Source: an uncultured Candidatus Rokubacteria bacterium
GTDB taxonomy: Bacteria > Methylomirabilota > Methylomirabilia > Rokubacteriales > DASRDR01
DNA: 64,000 nt
Direction of reading: 5' to 3'
Assembly (NCBI GenBank): GCA_963708025.1
Contig: CAVPSB010000029.1
Location: 73,411 to 137,410 of the forward strand
This document shows, in pieces, positions 29,711 to 38,612 of the stretch (positions are counted from its first letter, which is position 1; every line of letters starts with the position of its first letter). A model generated the notes under the pieces. It searched no databases. It saw only the letters and a list, made by a program, of their open reading frames with translations, and was not told the DNA's origin. The translations under genes and the position numbers were made by a program.

Positions 29711-30232
29711 TCAATGGTGCTGCTCGTGGCCGCCCTGAGCGCCGCCCCCGCCCGGGGGCCGGAGGGCACGCAGGAAGGCAACGAGATCGATCACCTCCTG
29801 AACGGTGACCGAGTCGTTATAGGACGGCATCTTCGAGGAGCCATCCGGCGCCTCGTAGCCCTTGCCCCGCTCGATCACCGCGCTCGGGTTGATGATCGCC
29901 TCCGCGAAGTATTCCGGCTCGTGGAGCGGCCCCATCATGGACAGCTCCGGCCCCACCTTGTCCGGCTCACTCGGCACCGGGAATGGGTTCCCCCGCACCT
30001 CGTGGCAGCTGTAGCACTCGAGCTTCTCGAACAGCGCGCGTCCCTTGGCGGGATCTCCCTTCGGCCAGGCGAACCGCCAGCCGGCCGGCGTGCCGTGCTC
30101 ACCTTGGCCCTGACCCGGGACCGAGGGCGTCGACGACCCCTGACCCTGATTGGCGGGTGCGAGCCAGGTCGCCGAGAGGAGGCTCACGATGCCGACCGCG
30201 ACCAGGAGCGGGAATGTCCGTCTGCGTTGCAT
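29711..30232 (-). CDS. Monoheme c-type cytochrome
   Basis: Signal peptide, GDPAKGRALF, CYSCH, GPELS, SKMPSYN, His-rich tail HEQHH. Confidence 0.9.
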   Translation of the reverse strand: MQRRRTFPLLVAVGIVSLLSATWLAPANQGQGSSTPSVPGQGQGEHGTPAGWRFAWPKGDPAKGRALFEKLECYSCHEVRGNPFPVPSEPDKVGPELSMMGPLHEPEYFAEAIINPSAVIERGKGYEAPDGSSKMPSYNDSVTVQEVIDLVAFLRALRPPGGGGAQGGHEQHH

Positions 30233-30319
30233 GCGCCCCTCCGGGAAACGCGGGAGTCGGGTCCAGCGGACGCGCGAACGTCCGCGCGCCGATCGTTGCG
30301 AGGGCCGGGCGGTCGGGAT

Positions 30320-30664
30320 CTAGTTCAGGAGCGCGGCGTGCAGGAGGAAGCGAGGCGGCCGGAGGACCGGCACCGGCACGGAGGGAGAGTGATCGGCCGG
30401 CGCGGGCGCGCTCGCGACCCCCGGGGCCTGGGCCCAGCCGAGGAGGACCGCGGGGGCGCCGACGGTGGCGCCGGGCGGGGTCTCGCAGTCCGCATGGTGG
30501 TCCGCGGCGGAGCCGAGCTCCGAGGAGGCCGTCGCGAGTGCCGCGGCGATGGCGCCGACGCCTTCACCGGGCTCCGGCTCGGCACACGTGTGCCCCGCCG
30601 CGGTGGCCATTGCCGCCAGCAGGACGACCAGGCGGAGGGTCCCTCTTGCCCCTCGGTGCCGCAT
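30320..30664 (-). CDS. Small leader-like protein L3 (signal, HTC...HHADC, C-terminal RPPRFLLHAALLN)
   Basis: ATG 6 nt after a TTGACA-18-GATGCT promoter; hydrophobic N-terminus; upstream of the cytochrome c gene. Confidence 0.6.
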   Translation of the reverse strand: MRHRGARGTLRLVVLLAAMATAAGHTCAEPEPGEGVGAIAAALATASSELGSAADHHADCETPPGATVGAPAVLLGWAQAPGVASAPAPADHSPSVPVPVLRPPRFLLHAALLN

Positions 30665-30670
30665 GGAAGG

Positions 30671-30700
30671 AGCATCCCGCCCCACCCGGCTTCCTGTCAA
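30671..30700 (-). promoter_or_regulatory. sigma70-type promoter for L3 (leaderless)
   Basis: TTGACA-18 bp-GATGCT. Confidence 0.5.
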
Positions 30701-30774
30701 GGCTGCCCGCGGTGGGTGCTGCGGTGGGCAGGGCATCGGCGACGGCCCGGACCGAGCGGGAGGTCGCTGGCGGC

Positions 30775-30837
30775 TTGACACCCCGGCGGAGCTCGGCTAT
30801 CGTCGAGGCTGTCGTTGTTAGGAACGATTCTCATTAC
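30775..30837 (+). promoter_or_regulatory. sigma70 promoter plus Fur/PerR-type box
   Basis: TTGACA-17 bp-TATCGT (30775-30803), then AT-rich GTTAGGAACGATTCTCATTAC (30817-30837) resembling a Fur-family operator. Confidence 0.7.
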
Positions 30838-30862
30838 CAACCAGGATGGAGCCGAATTCCCG

Positions 30863-31372
30863 GTGAGAGGCAATCCCGGTCGTACCGCCGCCCGGCCCGC
30901 TCCCGAGCCGCGCGCGGACGCCACGCTCCGGACGGACCTCGCCCGCCGCGGGATGCGGCTGACGGATCAGCGCCGGCTGATCCTGACCGCCGTCCAGGCG
31001 ACCGACTCGCATCCGACCGCGGAGTGGGTGCACGAGGCGGTCCGGAGACGGCTGCCGCGGGTCAGCCTGGCGACGGTGTACCGCAACCTGCGTCTCCTCG
31101 CGCGCCACGGCTTGCTGACCGAGATCCAGAACGGGCCCAGCATCCGCTTCGACGCGCGGGTCCACCGGCACCACCACTTCACCTGCGCCGCCTGCCGGCG
31201 CATCTTCGACCTGGACGAGCCTGTCGATGCCCGGCTGGAAGCCCGCGTGGCGGCGCGGACCGGCTTTCGTGTCTCGCACCACCGCATCGAGTTCTTCGGC
31301 CTGTGCGACGGGTGCACGTCCCGACGGGCGCGGCGACCGCCACGCGGCCGGGACGCGTCCGTGGTCCGGTAG
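30863..31372 (+). CDS. Fur-family repressor, probably PerR-like (start uncertain)
   Basis: RLTDQR..IL, HPTAE.V, SLATVYRNL, HHHFTCAAC, FFGLCDGC; heads the rubrerythrin operon. Confidence 0.9.
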   Translation: MRGNPGRTAARPAPEPRADATLRTDLARRGMRLTDQRRLILTAVQATDSHPTAEWVHEAVRRRLPRVSLATVYRNLRLLARHGLLTEIQNGPSIRFDARVHRHHHFTCAACRRIFDLDEPVDARLEARVAARTGFRVSHHRIEFFGLCDGCTSRRARRPPRGRDASVVR

Positions 31373-31394
31373 TCCAACAACGAGGAGGGTCGTC

Positions 31395-31841
31395 ATGGCG
31401 AAGGCACTCAAGGGCACCAAGAGTCACACCAATCTCAAGGAGGCGTTCGCGGGCGAGTCCCAGGCGAACCGGCGCTACCTCTACTTCGCGCGGGTCGCGG
31501 ACATCGAGGGGTTCCCCGACATGGGCGGCCTCTTCCGGGACACCGCGGAGGCGGAGACGGGCCACGCGTTCGGCCACCTCGACTTCCTCAAGGAAGTCGG
31601 GGACCCGGTGACCGATGTGGCATTCGGTCGGACCGAGCAGAACCTCAAGTCGGCCATCGAAGGCGAGACGTACGAATACACCCAGATGTACCCCGGCATG
31701 GCCAAGACCGCGCGCGAGGAAGGCCTCGCCGAGCTGGCCGAGTGGTTCGAGACGCTGGCCAAGGCGGAGAAGTCGCACGCCGGGCGCTTCAACAAGGGTC
31801 TCCAGGCGATCGCCGGCCGCGAGCCGGCCGACGCGATCTGA
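31395..31841 (+). CDS. Rubrerythrin (short form without rubredoxin domain)
   Basis: NLKEAFAGESQANRRYLYFA, ETGHAFGH, GETYEYTQMYP, AEKSHA. Confidence 0.95.
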   Translation: MAKALKGTKSHTNLKEAFAGESQANRRYLYFARVADIEGFPDMGGLFRDTAEAETGHAFGHLDFLKEVGDPVTDVAFGRTEQNLKSAIEGETYEYTQMYPGMAKTAREEGLAELAEWFETLAKAEKSHAGRFNKGLQAIAGREPADAI

Positions 31842-31846
31842 GAAGA

Positions 31847-31990
31847 TTCGGGGGGGTCTCGGAAGACCCCCCCGATGCCGCGCCCTCGGAGGCGAAGCGG
31901 AACGCCAGGGCCGCGTGGCGGAAGCCAGAGGGTTGCGGGAAGCCGACCGGGGGTGGGAAGGGGAGCCGCCGGCATCGGTTCACAGACTCT
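31847..31990 (+). repeat. Structured intergenic repeat family A, copy 2
   Basis: CGGGGGGGTC-TCGGAA-GACCCCCCCG hairpin then GGCCGCGTGG..GAGGGTTGCG.GAAGCCGA..GGCAT.GGTTCA shared with copy 1. Confidence 0.8.
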
Positions 31991-32059
31991 CAGAGCGGGC
32001 GGCGCCGCGGAGCCACGCGAGACGAGGTCCCGCGGTGGTTGCGGGGCGGAGAAGCACGC

Positions 32060-33334
32060 ATGAGCGCGTTCGACATCCGGGCTCCCGAGTTCTGGAGCCA
32101 GCCCGCGCTCGATACCGAGCTGCGGCGCGTCTTCGACATCTGCCACGGCTGCCGCCGCTGCCTGCCTCTCTGTCCTTCCTTCAAGGACCTGATGCGCTCG
32201 CTGGACCGGGACGAGGTCAACGGTGAGGTCGATCGACTCCCGGCCCCCGACATGCAGCGGGTGGTGGACCTCTGTTACCAGTGCAAGCTCTGCTACAACC
32301 ACTGCCCGTACACGCCACCCCACCGCTGGGCGATCGACTTTCCCCGCGTGATGCTGCGGGCCCGGGCCGTCGCCGCCCGGGAGCGGGGCGGCGTCACGCT
32401 CCAGGATCGGATGCTCGGCAACACGGAGCTGATCGGACGCGTGGGTGGCGCCACCGCCCCGCTGTCCAACTGGGCGAACACGAACCCGGCCAACCGCGCG
32501 CTCATGCAGGCGACCGTCGGCATCCACAAGGACCGGAACCTGCCGCCGTTCAACCGCCAGTCCTTCAGCCGCTGGTTTGCGGCGCACCCGGCGACCTCGG
32601 CCGCGCCGGCGGCCGCCCGGGTGGCCCTCTTTGCCACGTGCCCCGTCGAGTACCACTATCCGGCGGTGGGGCGGGCGGCGGTCGCGGTGCTGCGGCACAA
32701 CCGGGTGGACGTGACCCTGCCGGCCCAGCGCTGCTGCGGGATGCCCTACCTCGACGGCGGGGCGGTGGACGAGGCGCGTCGGCTGATCGACGAGAACGTG
32801 CGGAGCCTGGGCGCCGTGGCGCGCGAAGGGCGCGAGGTCGTGGTGCCGGGCCCCACCTGCTCGTACATGATGAAGCAGGAGTGGCCACTCCTGGCCACCG
32901 ATCGGGAGACGGCCCGGGTGGTGGCCGACCACACCCGGGATCTCTTCGAGTACCTGGCCCGGCTCCACGCCGGCGGGAGGCTCGACACCGCGTTCCCGAG
33001 CCGGCCCGGCAGGGTCGCCTACCAGATCCCGTGTCACCTCCGGGCCCAGAACATGGGGACCAAGTCCGCCGACGTGCTGCGCCTGACGGGAGCCCAGGTG
33101 ACCGTGATCGAGCGATGCTCGGCCGTCGACGGGACCTGGGGGTTCAAGCGCGAGTACTACGAGCTGTCGATGAAGGTGGCCGAGCCCCTGTTTCGCGACG
33201 TCGAGGCGGTCCAGCCGGACCGGACGGCGAGCGACTGCCCGCTGGCCGGTCTCCAGGTCGTGCAGGGGACCGGCCGGCGGGTCCAGCACCCCATCGAGAT
33301 CATGGCCGAAGCTTACGGCCTGTCCACGGAGTGA
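32060..33334 (+). CDS. Fe-S oxidoreductase (GlpC/HdrD-like, rubrerythrin-associated)
   Basis: CHGCRRC..LCPSF, CYQCKLCY.HCPY.PPH, CCGMP, PCHLR, CSAVDGTWG, SDCPLA. Confidence 0.92.
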   Translation: MSAFDIRAPEFWSQPALDTELRRVFDICHGCRRCLPLCPSFKDLMRSLDRDEVNGEVDRLPAPDMQRVVDLCYQCKLCYNHCPYTPPHRWAIDFPRVMLRARAVAARERGGVTLQDRMLGNTELIGRVGGATAPLSNWANTNPANRALMQATVGIHKDRNLPPFNRQSFSRWFAAHPATSAAPAAARVALFATCPVEYHYPAVGRAAVAVLRHNRVDVTLPAQRCCGMPYLDGGAVDEARRLIDENVRSLGAVAREGREVVVPGPTCSYMMKQEWPLLATDRETARVVADHTRDLFEYLARLHAGGRLDTAFPSRPGRVAYQIPCHLRAQNMGTKSADVLRLTGAQVTVIERCSAVDGTWGFKREYYELSMKVAEPLFRDVEAVQPDRTASDCPLAGLQVVQGTGRRVQHPIEIMAEAYGLSTE

Positions 33335-33339
33335 GAGCG

Positions 33340-33933
33340 GTGAAGAAGATCGAGCTCGACGACGTGAAGAACCTCTACGAGTACGAGAAGATCCGGGATG
33401 CCGTCCGGCGCGAGATCATCGCCCTGAAAGCGCGGCGGCGGGTCGCGGTGGGCGACCGCCTGTCGCTCCTGTTCGAGAACCGGCTGACGGTGCTGTTCCA
33501 GATCCAGGAGATGATCCGGGCCGAGCGGATCGTCGCCGACGAGCGCGTGCAGGACGAGATCGACGTCTACAACGAGCTGATCCCCGGGCCGGGGGAGCTG
33601 TCGGCGACGCTGATGATCGAGATCGAGGACAAGGAGCGGATCAAGCCCGAGCTGGACCGGTTCATGGGCATCGACGAGGGCGACCACGTGTGGCTCCAGA
33701 TCGGGCACGGCGACGCGTCCTGGGCCGTGTCGGGGCTGTTCGAGGCCGGGCACTCCAAGGAGGACAAGCTGGCCGCCGTCCACTTCGTCCGCTTCGCGGT
33801 GCCGCCGGCGGCTCGGGCCGCCCTCGCCGTCGGCCCGGCGGCCATCGCGGTCGAGCACCCGAACTACCGGGCGCGGACGGAGCTATCGACCGAGCTGAGG
33901 GCGGCGCTGGCCGAGGATCTCGGCCAGCAATGA
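33340..33933 (+). CDS. DUF3501 family protein
   Basis: YE..R, RRVAVG, LFEN..TV.FQIQEM.RAE, YN.LIP..GELSATLMIE, AVHFVRF; follows rubrerythrin and the Fe-S oxidoreductase. Confidence 0.9.
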   Translation: MKKIELDDVKNLYEYEKIRDAVRREIIALKARRRVAVGDRLSLLFENRLTVLFQIQEMIRAERIVADERVQDEIDVYNELIPGPGELSATLMIEIEDKERIKPELDRFMGIDEGDHVWLQIGHGDASWAVSGLFEAGHSKEDKLAAVHFVRFAVPPAARAALAVGPAAIAVEHPNYRARTELSTELRAALAEDLGQQ

Positions 33934-34268
33934 GCCGGCGGGCGCCTCTTCTCGCGCTGCTGGGGGCCGTGCTGCTGCTGGTCGCCTGCGAGGAGCAGAA
34001 GCAGGCCACGCCCGGCCCGGGCGAGGGCGATCCCAACCTCGGGCGCCAGGTCTTCCTGGCGCAGTGCACCGTGTGCCACGGCAGCGATCCCGCGCAGCGG
34101 GGGCCCATGGGACCGCCGATCAAGGGGGCCTCGCGGGAGCTGCTCGAGGCCCGGATCCTCCGCGCGAGCTACCCGCCCGGCTACACCCCGAAGCAGAACA
34201 CCGCGGTGATGCAGCCCATGCCCCAGGCCGCCTCGCACATCCCCGACCTGGCGGCCTACCTCCGCTGA
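33930..34268 (+). CDS. Cytochrome c lipoprotein
   Basis: LLLVAC lipobox, GRQVF, CTVCH, YPPGY.PK, MQPMP. Confidence 0.88.
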   Translation: MSRRAPLLALLGAVLLLVACEEQKQATPGPGEGDPNLGRQVFLAQCTVCHGSDPAQRGPMGPPIKGASRELLEARILRASYPPGYTPKQNTAVMQPMPQAASHIPDLAAYLR

Positions 34269-34272
34269 AAGA

Positions 34273-34436
34273 CCGGAGGGGGCCTCGACGGCCCCCTCCG
34301 GGACCTTCCCCCGGACCGGATTGCGGCGGCAAAGCCGCCGCTCGAAGTGGAACGCCCTGGCGGTGAGCCAGATCCAACGCGCTGCGAGAAACCGGGGAGG
34401 AACGGGAGGGGAGCGGACCTCCCCTCCCGCCATCGG
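34273..34436 (+). repeat. Structured intergenic repeat family A, copy 3 (diverged; may also terminate the convergent genes)
   Basis: CGGAGGGGGCC-TCGAC-GGCCCCCTCCG, GCGGCGGC-AAA-GCCGCCGC-TCGAAG..GAACG, TGCGAGAA; extra terminal hairpin. Confidence 0.7.
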
Positions 34437-34452
34437 AGAGGAACCGGCCGGC

Positions 34453-35151
34453 CTACCGCATGAACTCGAAGAGCAGGTAGAAGATCAGGGCCAGGACGAA
34501 GCCGGCCCAGAGGGTGCCGGAGACGGTAGCCAGGGGCTTGGCCGCCCCCTTGCCCGGCGTGCCCATCAGCGCGTTGACCTCGCAGGCGACCATGACGATC
34601 CCGGCGATGATCCAGAAGGCGAGGCCGGACCGCGGCATCGGCAGCGCCAGGTGCGAGGCCGCGCCCATGTAGAAGAGCATCGGGATCGAGAGCATCGTGT
34701 TGGTCCGCGACGCGAGCCCGGCGCGAGCACCGGCCCCCGCTGCCGCCGGGTTCGCCGGCCGGCCCGCTCCCGTGTCGATCGCGTTCTGGATGACGATCTT
34801 CTGGTTCGGCCAGATCACGAACCAGACGTTGGCCCACATCAAGCTGCCGAGAAGCCCGCCCAGCAGGATCGCCCAGCTGTAGGAGCCGGCGGCGAAGCCG
34901 CGGCGCCCCACCTGGTCGAGCAGGTAGAGCCACCCCGAGAGGAACGTGATCATCGCGCCCCAGCGGAACCACCAGAGCGCCCGGGGAACGAGCTTCTGGA
35001 CCGCGCCGCTCCGGACCGGCGCCTCGGTCTCCGCGAAGAACGGCGTCTGGACGAAGTTGAAGTAGTAGAGCAGGCCGATCCACGTGATGCCGGCCAGGAA
35101 GTGGATCCACCTCAGAATGAACAGCCATCCTTCGGTCGTCAGCAGGGCCAT
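34453..35151 (-). CDS. Urate hydroxylase PuuD N-domain-like membrane protein
   Basis: RWIHFLAGITWIGLLYYFNFVQ, ALWWFRW, M.ANVWFVIWPNQK, ASRTNT.LSIPML. Confidence 0.85.
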   Translation of the reverse strand: MALLTTEGWLFILRWIHFLAGITWIGLLYYFNFVQTPFFAETEAPVRSGAVQKLVPRALWWFRWGAMITFLSGWLYLLDQVGRRGFAAGSYSWAILLGGLLGSLMWANVWFVIWPNQKIVIQNAIDTGAGRPANPAAAGAGARAGLASRTNTMLSIPMLFYMGAASHLALPMPRSGLAFWIIAGIVMVACEVNALMGTPGKGAAKPLATVSGTLWAGFVLALIFYLLFEFMR

Positions 35152-35335
35152 GGACTCCTCCCTCTCGGCCTACGCCCAGGTGAGCATCGAGATCGCCGCA
35201 TCGACACCGGTCGGTGGGGTTGCCAGAGCCGTTGGAAGCTCCTTCGGGATCGTTCGGTGCCGCGCCGCCCGCACGTCCACCGCGTCTTCAGCCTCACTCC
35301 CCGGGGGTGGTCAACGAGGGCCCGAAGTCGGGCTG

Positions 35336-35365
35336 ATTACACTCCATCCGGCCGGCGACTGTCAA
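35336..35365 (-). promoter_or_regulatory. sigma70 promoter giving an approximately 180-nt 5' UTR
   Basis: TTGACA-18 bp-TGTAAT. Confidence 0.6.
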
Positions 35366-35531
35366 CCGGCCACCCGATCGCGGCCAATGGCGCCTACGGG
35401 CCGCGGACGGCGTATCGGCCCAAGACACCGCGGCGGACCGGACGCCTGCCGCTGGACGGGCCGTGGCGTCCGAGCAGTCGTGCCCCGGGGGAAACCCGCA
35501 TGGACTCGCGAAGGGCGGCCGGTCGTCCTGC

Positions 35532-35547
35532 TGGCATCTCGATTGCG
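35532..35547 (+). promoter_or_regulatory. sigma54 promoter (distal)
   Basis: TGGCATC-TCGA-TTGCG. Confidence 0.55.
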
Positions 35548-35723
35548 TGAGGACCAGGAAGAATACCTTACGGGCAGCGTCCCAGGCCCGGGCACTGCCT
35601 TTCTCCCCAAAGGGCCGATTTCGGGCCCTTTGGGGGGACCGAGCCATGATGTGTCTGAGGAGCCGGCGTCCCACCCCCCGGTGGTTTCCCGGCGATCAAA
35701 CGGGCATGGGCTCACGGGACCAT

Positions 35724-35739
35724 CGGCAATCTACTTGCT
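35724..35739 (+). promoter_or_regulatory. sigma54 promoter (proximal to dksA/traR)
   Basis: CGGCAAT-CTAC-TTGCT, 27 bp before the ATG. Confidence 0.5.
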
Positions 35740-35765
35740 GACTGGGGGCAAAGGAGTGGACGGAG

Positions 35766-36170
35766 ATGAAATCGGGGCAAAATCGTCGAAGACTCCATGA
35801 CTCGCCTCTGGACGATCTCGAGCGCTTGTTGAGGGAGAGGCATGCAAAGCTGACCCAGAGTCGCGCGGAAATCGTTGCGCAGCAGCGCGCCGAGGCGGCG
35901 GAGCGTTCCCCTGACACCGGCCTCTCGGCGAGTCAGACGCTGCGCGGGGAGCTTCAAGCGGCCCTTGTGGATCGCCAGAATCACCAGCTGGCTGCCGTCG
36001 AAGCGGCGTTGGAGAGACTGGCCCGGGGAGAATACGGGATCTGCGGTGACTGCGGCGGGCTCATCGGGACAGGGCGCCTCCGGGTGCTGCCTTTCGCCCA
36101 GCGGTGCACCGCCTGTGAGTCACGGGATGATTCGCGGGTTGAGCGGCACGCTCGATCGGTTGCGGGGTGA
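35766..36170 (+). CDS. TraR/DksA C4 zinc-finger protein
   Basis: Coiled coil then ALERL..GEYGICGDCG..I...RL.VLPFA.RCTAC. Confidence 0.88.
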   Translation: MKSGQNRRRLHDSPLDDLERLLRERHAKLTQSRAEIVAQQRAEAAERSPDTGLSASQTLRGELQAALVDRQNHQLAAVEAALERLARGEYGICGDCGGLIGTGRLRVLPFAQRCTACESRDDSRVERHARSVAG

Positions 36171-36555
36171 CCCAGAGGCCGTAGCGGCGACGGGTGCAGT
36201 GGTCAACGCTCATCACCGTGGCTGTCGTCGGCTCCCCGAAGGGACTTCCGTCTTCCCGCCAGCGCGGCGACCAGTACGCGATGCCATCCTGAACAGTCCT
36301 CTAAGAATTCCCCTTCAACATCTAGGAACCCCCCTTCGCATCTGGGAAGGCGTCTTCGCCTCGCGGAAGCCGCTGTGGCCTCAGGGTTCCGAGAAGAGCT
36401 CCTGGAACATCAACCCGGAGGCCGAGGCAACACGGGCCGCCGAAGCCTGGCTGACGCGGTGGAGCGCTCCGCCGACGGGATAAACCTTGCGGAGTGCTGC
36501 GAGGAACCGCTCGTTGGCGCGCGACGTCTCCGCCGCCTAGGTCAGCGCGGTCTTT

Positions 36556-38502
36556 TCATAGCCGCGGGCCGTTCCGTCCGTTCCCTCCGTTCCCTCCGTT
36601 CCCTCTGGTCGTGCGCGCCCCCGGTCGGTTCGAGGTCCCAGAAGAGGCGTTGGACCGATCCGGGACCTGTCCGAGGAGCGCGATGAGCTCATCGTAGCCT
36701 CGGCGGGAGGCTCCTGGCGGTGGCTCATTACCGGGAGCGGAACCGCCCGGTTGGTCTTCCGGGGCCGGGCCGGTTCGCGAGGGATGCGCGGTTCTCCACC
36801 TCGCGTACATGAGGGCGGTCCACCCCATCCTGTCCGTGACCGCCGGATCTGCGCCCGCGTGGAGCAGCCGCCGGACCAGGTCCATGTGCCCCTGCCAGGT
36901 CGCATACATGAGAGCCGTCCAGCCGGCATCGGTTCGGGCATTGACGTCAGCGCCACGCTCGAGCAGCGGCTGGAGGAGCACGGAACGGTTGTTGTTCGCC
37001 GCCATCATCAACGGGGTGACCCCCGCGCGATCCCGGGCGTTGACGTTGGCGCCGTGCTTGAGCAGGGTTCGGACGATCCCGGCATGGCCGTGGATGATGG
37101 CGACCATGAGGGGGGTCAGCCCGTTCTCGTCCCACGGGTTGGGCGAGACATTCGCGCGCAGCCGCGCACTCACTGCCTCGAGATTCCCCGCCTCGGCGCT
37201 GTTCAGTAGCGCGCGTTCCTCGGGCGAAAGCGGGGGCTCCGCCATCCCCGCCGCCGGCCGGCTCGCCGCTCGGCGTGTCGGCGCACCTCGCTCGCGTTTC
37301 ACGCGATCCTGCAGGGGGGTCACCGCCACCGGTCGCGGCGCGGACCCCCCTGCCGTGGGAGAGAGCGCGGTCCGCGCAACGGCTGCCGCTCGTACTCCGC
37401 GTTCGCCCAGGGTCGGGGGCGCGAGAGGCTGGATCGAGACCACCGGCGGCTCGGATCCTGTTCTGGCCACGCGGGGCGGAACGAGGCCGGGGGCGGTCGT
37501 GAGCCTCGGATGAGCCGCCTGCGTGCCGAGGAACAGGCACAGGCACACCAGCCCGAGCTCCGCCCAGCCGACCCTCGGGATCAAGGCAGTTCGGAGTCTG
37601 CGAACGACGCCCGCCGGCCACCTCGGCTCGCGCTTCGTCTCGGGCTCGGTCGCCTCGATCGAGGCCGCTTGCGCCTCGGGCTGGCCGGATGCCTGCGGCG
37701 ACACCAGGTCGAGGACACCCGCAGCTTCGTCGACGCCCGCCGCAGAGACGGTCGTCTCCCGGGACTCGTAGACGCGCGTGAGCGCGGCATCGCAGATCTG
37801 GCCGATCAGTCGGGGCAGACCCTGGGCATAGAGCGCCACCCGCTCGAGGGCCTCGGGCGAAAACAAGTCGCCCCGCTCGGCGCCAGCTCGGCGCAGTCGC
37901 CACTGGACGTACGGACCCACCTCTTCGGTGGAGAGCGGCCCCAGCGCGACGCGCGTGGCGAATCCTGGGCCGTGACGCGTCGTCAGCCTGTCGAGCGTGG
38001 CCTCCAGCTCGGCGTCGCCGGCCAGCAAGATCTGCAACCGTCTATCTCGACTCGAGCCGAGCTGGGTTAGAGCGTGGAGACTCGCCAGCACATCTGGACT
38101 CAGGAGCTGGGCCTCGTCGATGGAAACCACGACGAGATCGCCCGTCGTGTCCTCCACCGCAAGGTACGCGTTGAGCTTGTCCAGGCACTGCGGCGGGGTG
38201 TCTCCGGCGACCAGGATGCCCAGGTACTGGCAGAGCGACGTGGTCATCTCGTCGAACGTCTCGGCGACATGGCATGACAACACGCGAACACCCGCAGCCT
38301 CGAGGTCTTGAATGACTCGACGGAGCAGGGTCGTCTTCCCGGTCCCGGGCTCGCCAGTCAACGCGATGAGAGCCTCGCGCGCGCGACTCGTGGCGAGCAG
38401 GCGGACCAACGCGCCTTGGTGGGGCGCCCCCGGGTAGAGGAAGGATGGATCCGAAGTGACGGGGAACGGGCGCTCCCGAAGGCCGAAGTAGGCGTTGTAC
38501 AC
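36556..38502 (-). CDS. ExeA/GspA-type AAA ATPase fused to C-terminal ankyrin repeats
   Basis: GTG-YNAYFGLRERPF..TSDP.FLY, GEPGTGKTT, IDEAQ, GLPRLI..ICD.AL; TM; then GLTPLM, GVTPLM, GWTALM x2 ankyrin repeats. Confidence 0.88.
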   Translation of the reverse strand: MYNAYFGLRERPFPVTSDPSFLYPGAPHQGALVRLLATSRAREALIALTGEPGTGKTTLLRRVIQDLEAAGVRVLSCHVAETFDEMTTSLCQYLGILVAGDTPPQCLDKLNAYLAVEDTTGDLVVVSIDEAQLLSPDVLASLHALTQLGSSRDRRLQILLAGDAELEATLDRLTTRHGPGFATRVALGPLSTEEVGPYVQWRLRRAGAERGDLFSPEALERVALYAQGLPRLIGQICDAALTRVYESRETTVSAAGVDEAAGVLDLVSPQASGQPEAQAASIEATEPETKREPRWPAGVVRRLRTALIPRVGWAELGLVCLCLFLGTQAAHPRLTTAPGLVPPRVARTGSEPPVVSIQPLAPPTLGERGVRAAAVARTALSPTAGGSAPRPVAVTPLQDRVKRERGAPTRRAASRPAAGMAEPPLSPEERALLNSAEAGNLEAVSARLRANVSPNPWDENGLTPLMVAIIHGHAGIVRTLLKHGANVNARDRAGVTPLMMAANNNRSVLLQPLLERGADVNARTDAGWTALMYATWQGHMDLVRRLLHAGADPAVTDRMGWTALMYARWRTAHPSRTGPAPEDQPGGSAPGNEPPPGASRRGYDELIALLGQVPDRSNASSGTSNRPGARTTRGNGGNGGNGRNGPRL

Positions 38503-38612
38503 GTTACTCAGACGTTCGGGCGGCCGGCCGCCCGCGGTGTTCAGCCCGCCCGAGCACTCCATTCCAGCTCCCGTGTCAAGCAGTTCCTCGTCGGTTCGAG
38601 GCGCAGCTTCGT

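Noticed and set aside
30863-33933. Fur/PerR-rubrerythrin-Fe-S oxidoreductase-DUF3501 cluster as a novel system
   Set aside because: This is an already known conserved oxidative-stress gene cluster
36567-36604. Short tandem repeats (CCGTTCCCT units; also 15- and 18-bp units at about 39045-39190)
   Set aside because: Low-complexity coding repeats (GNG, GGSAT, PGPSTT linkers) with no spacers
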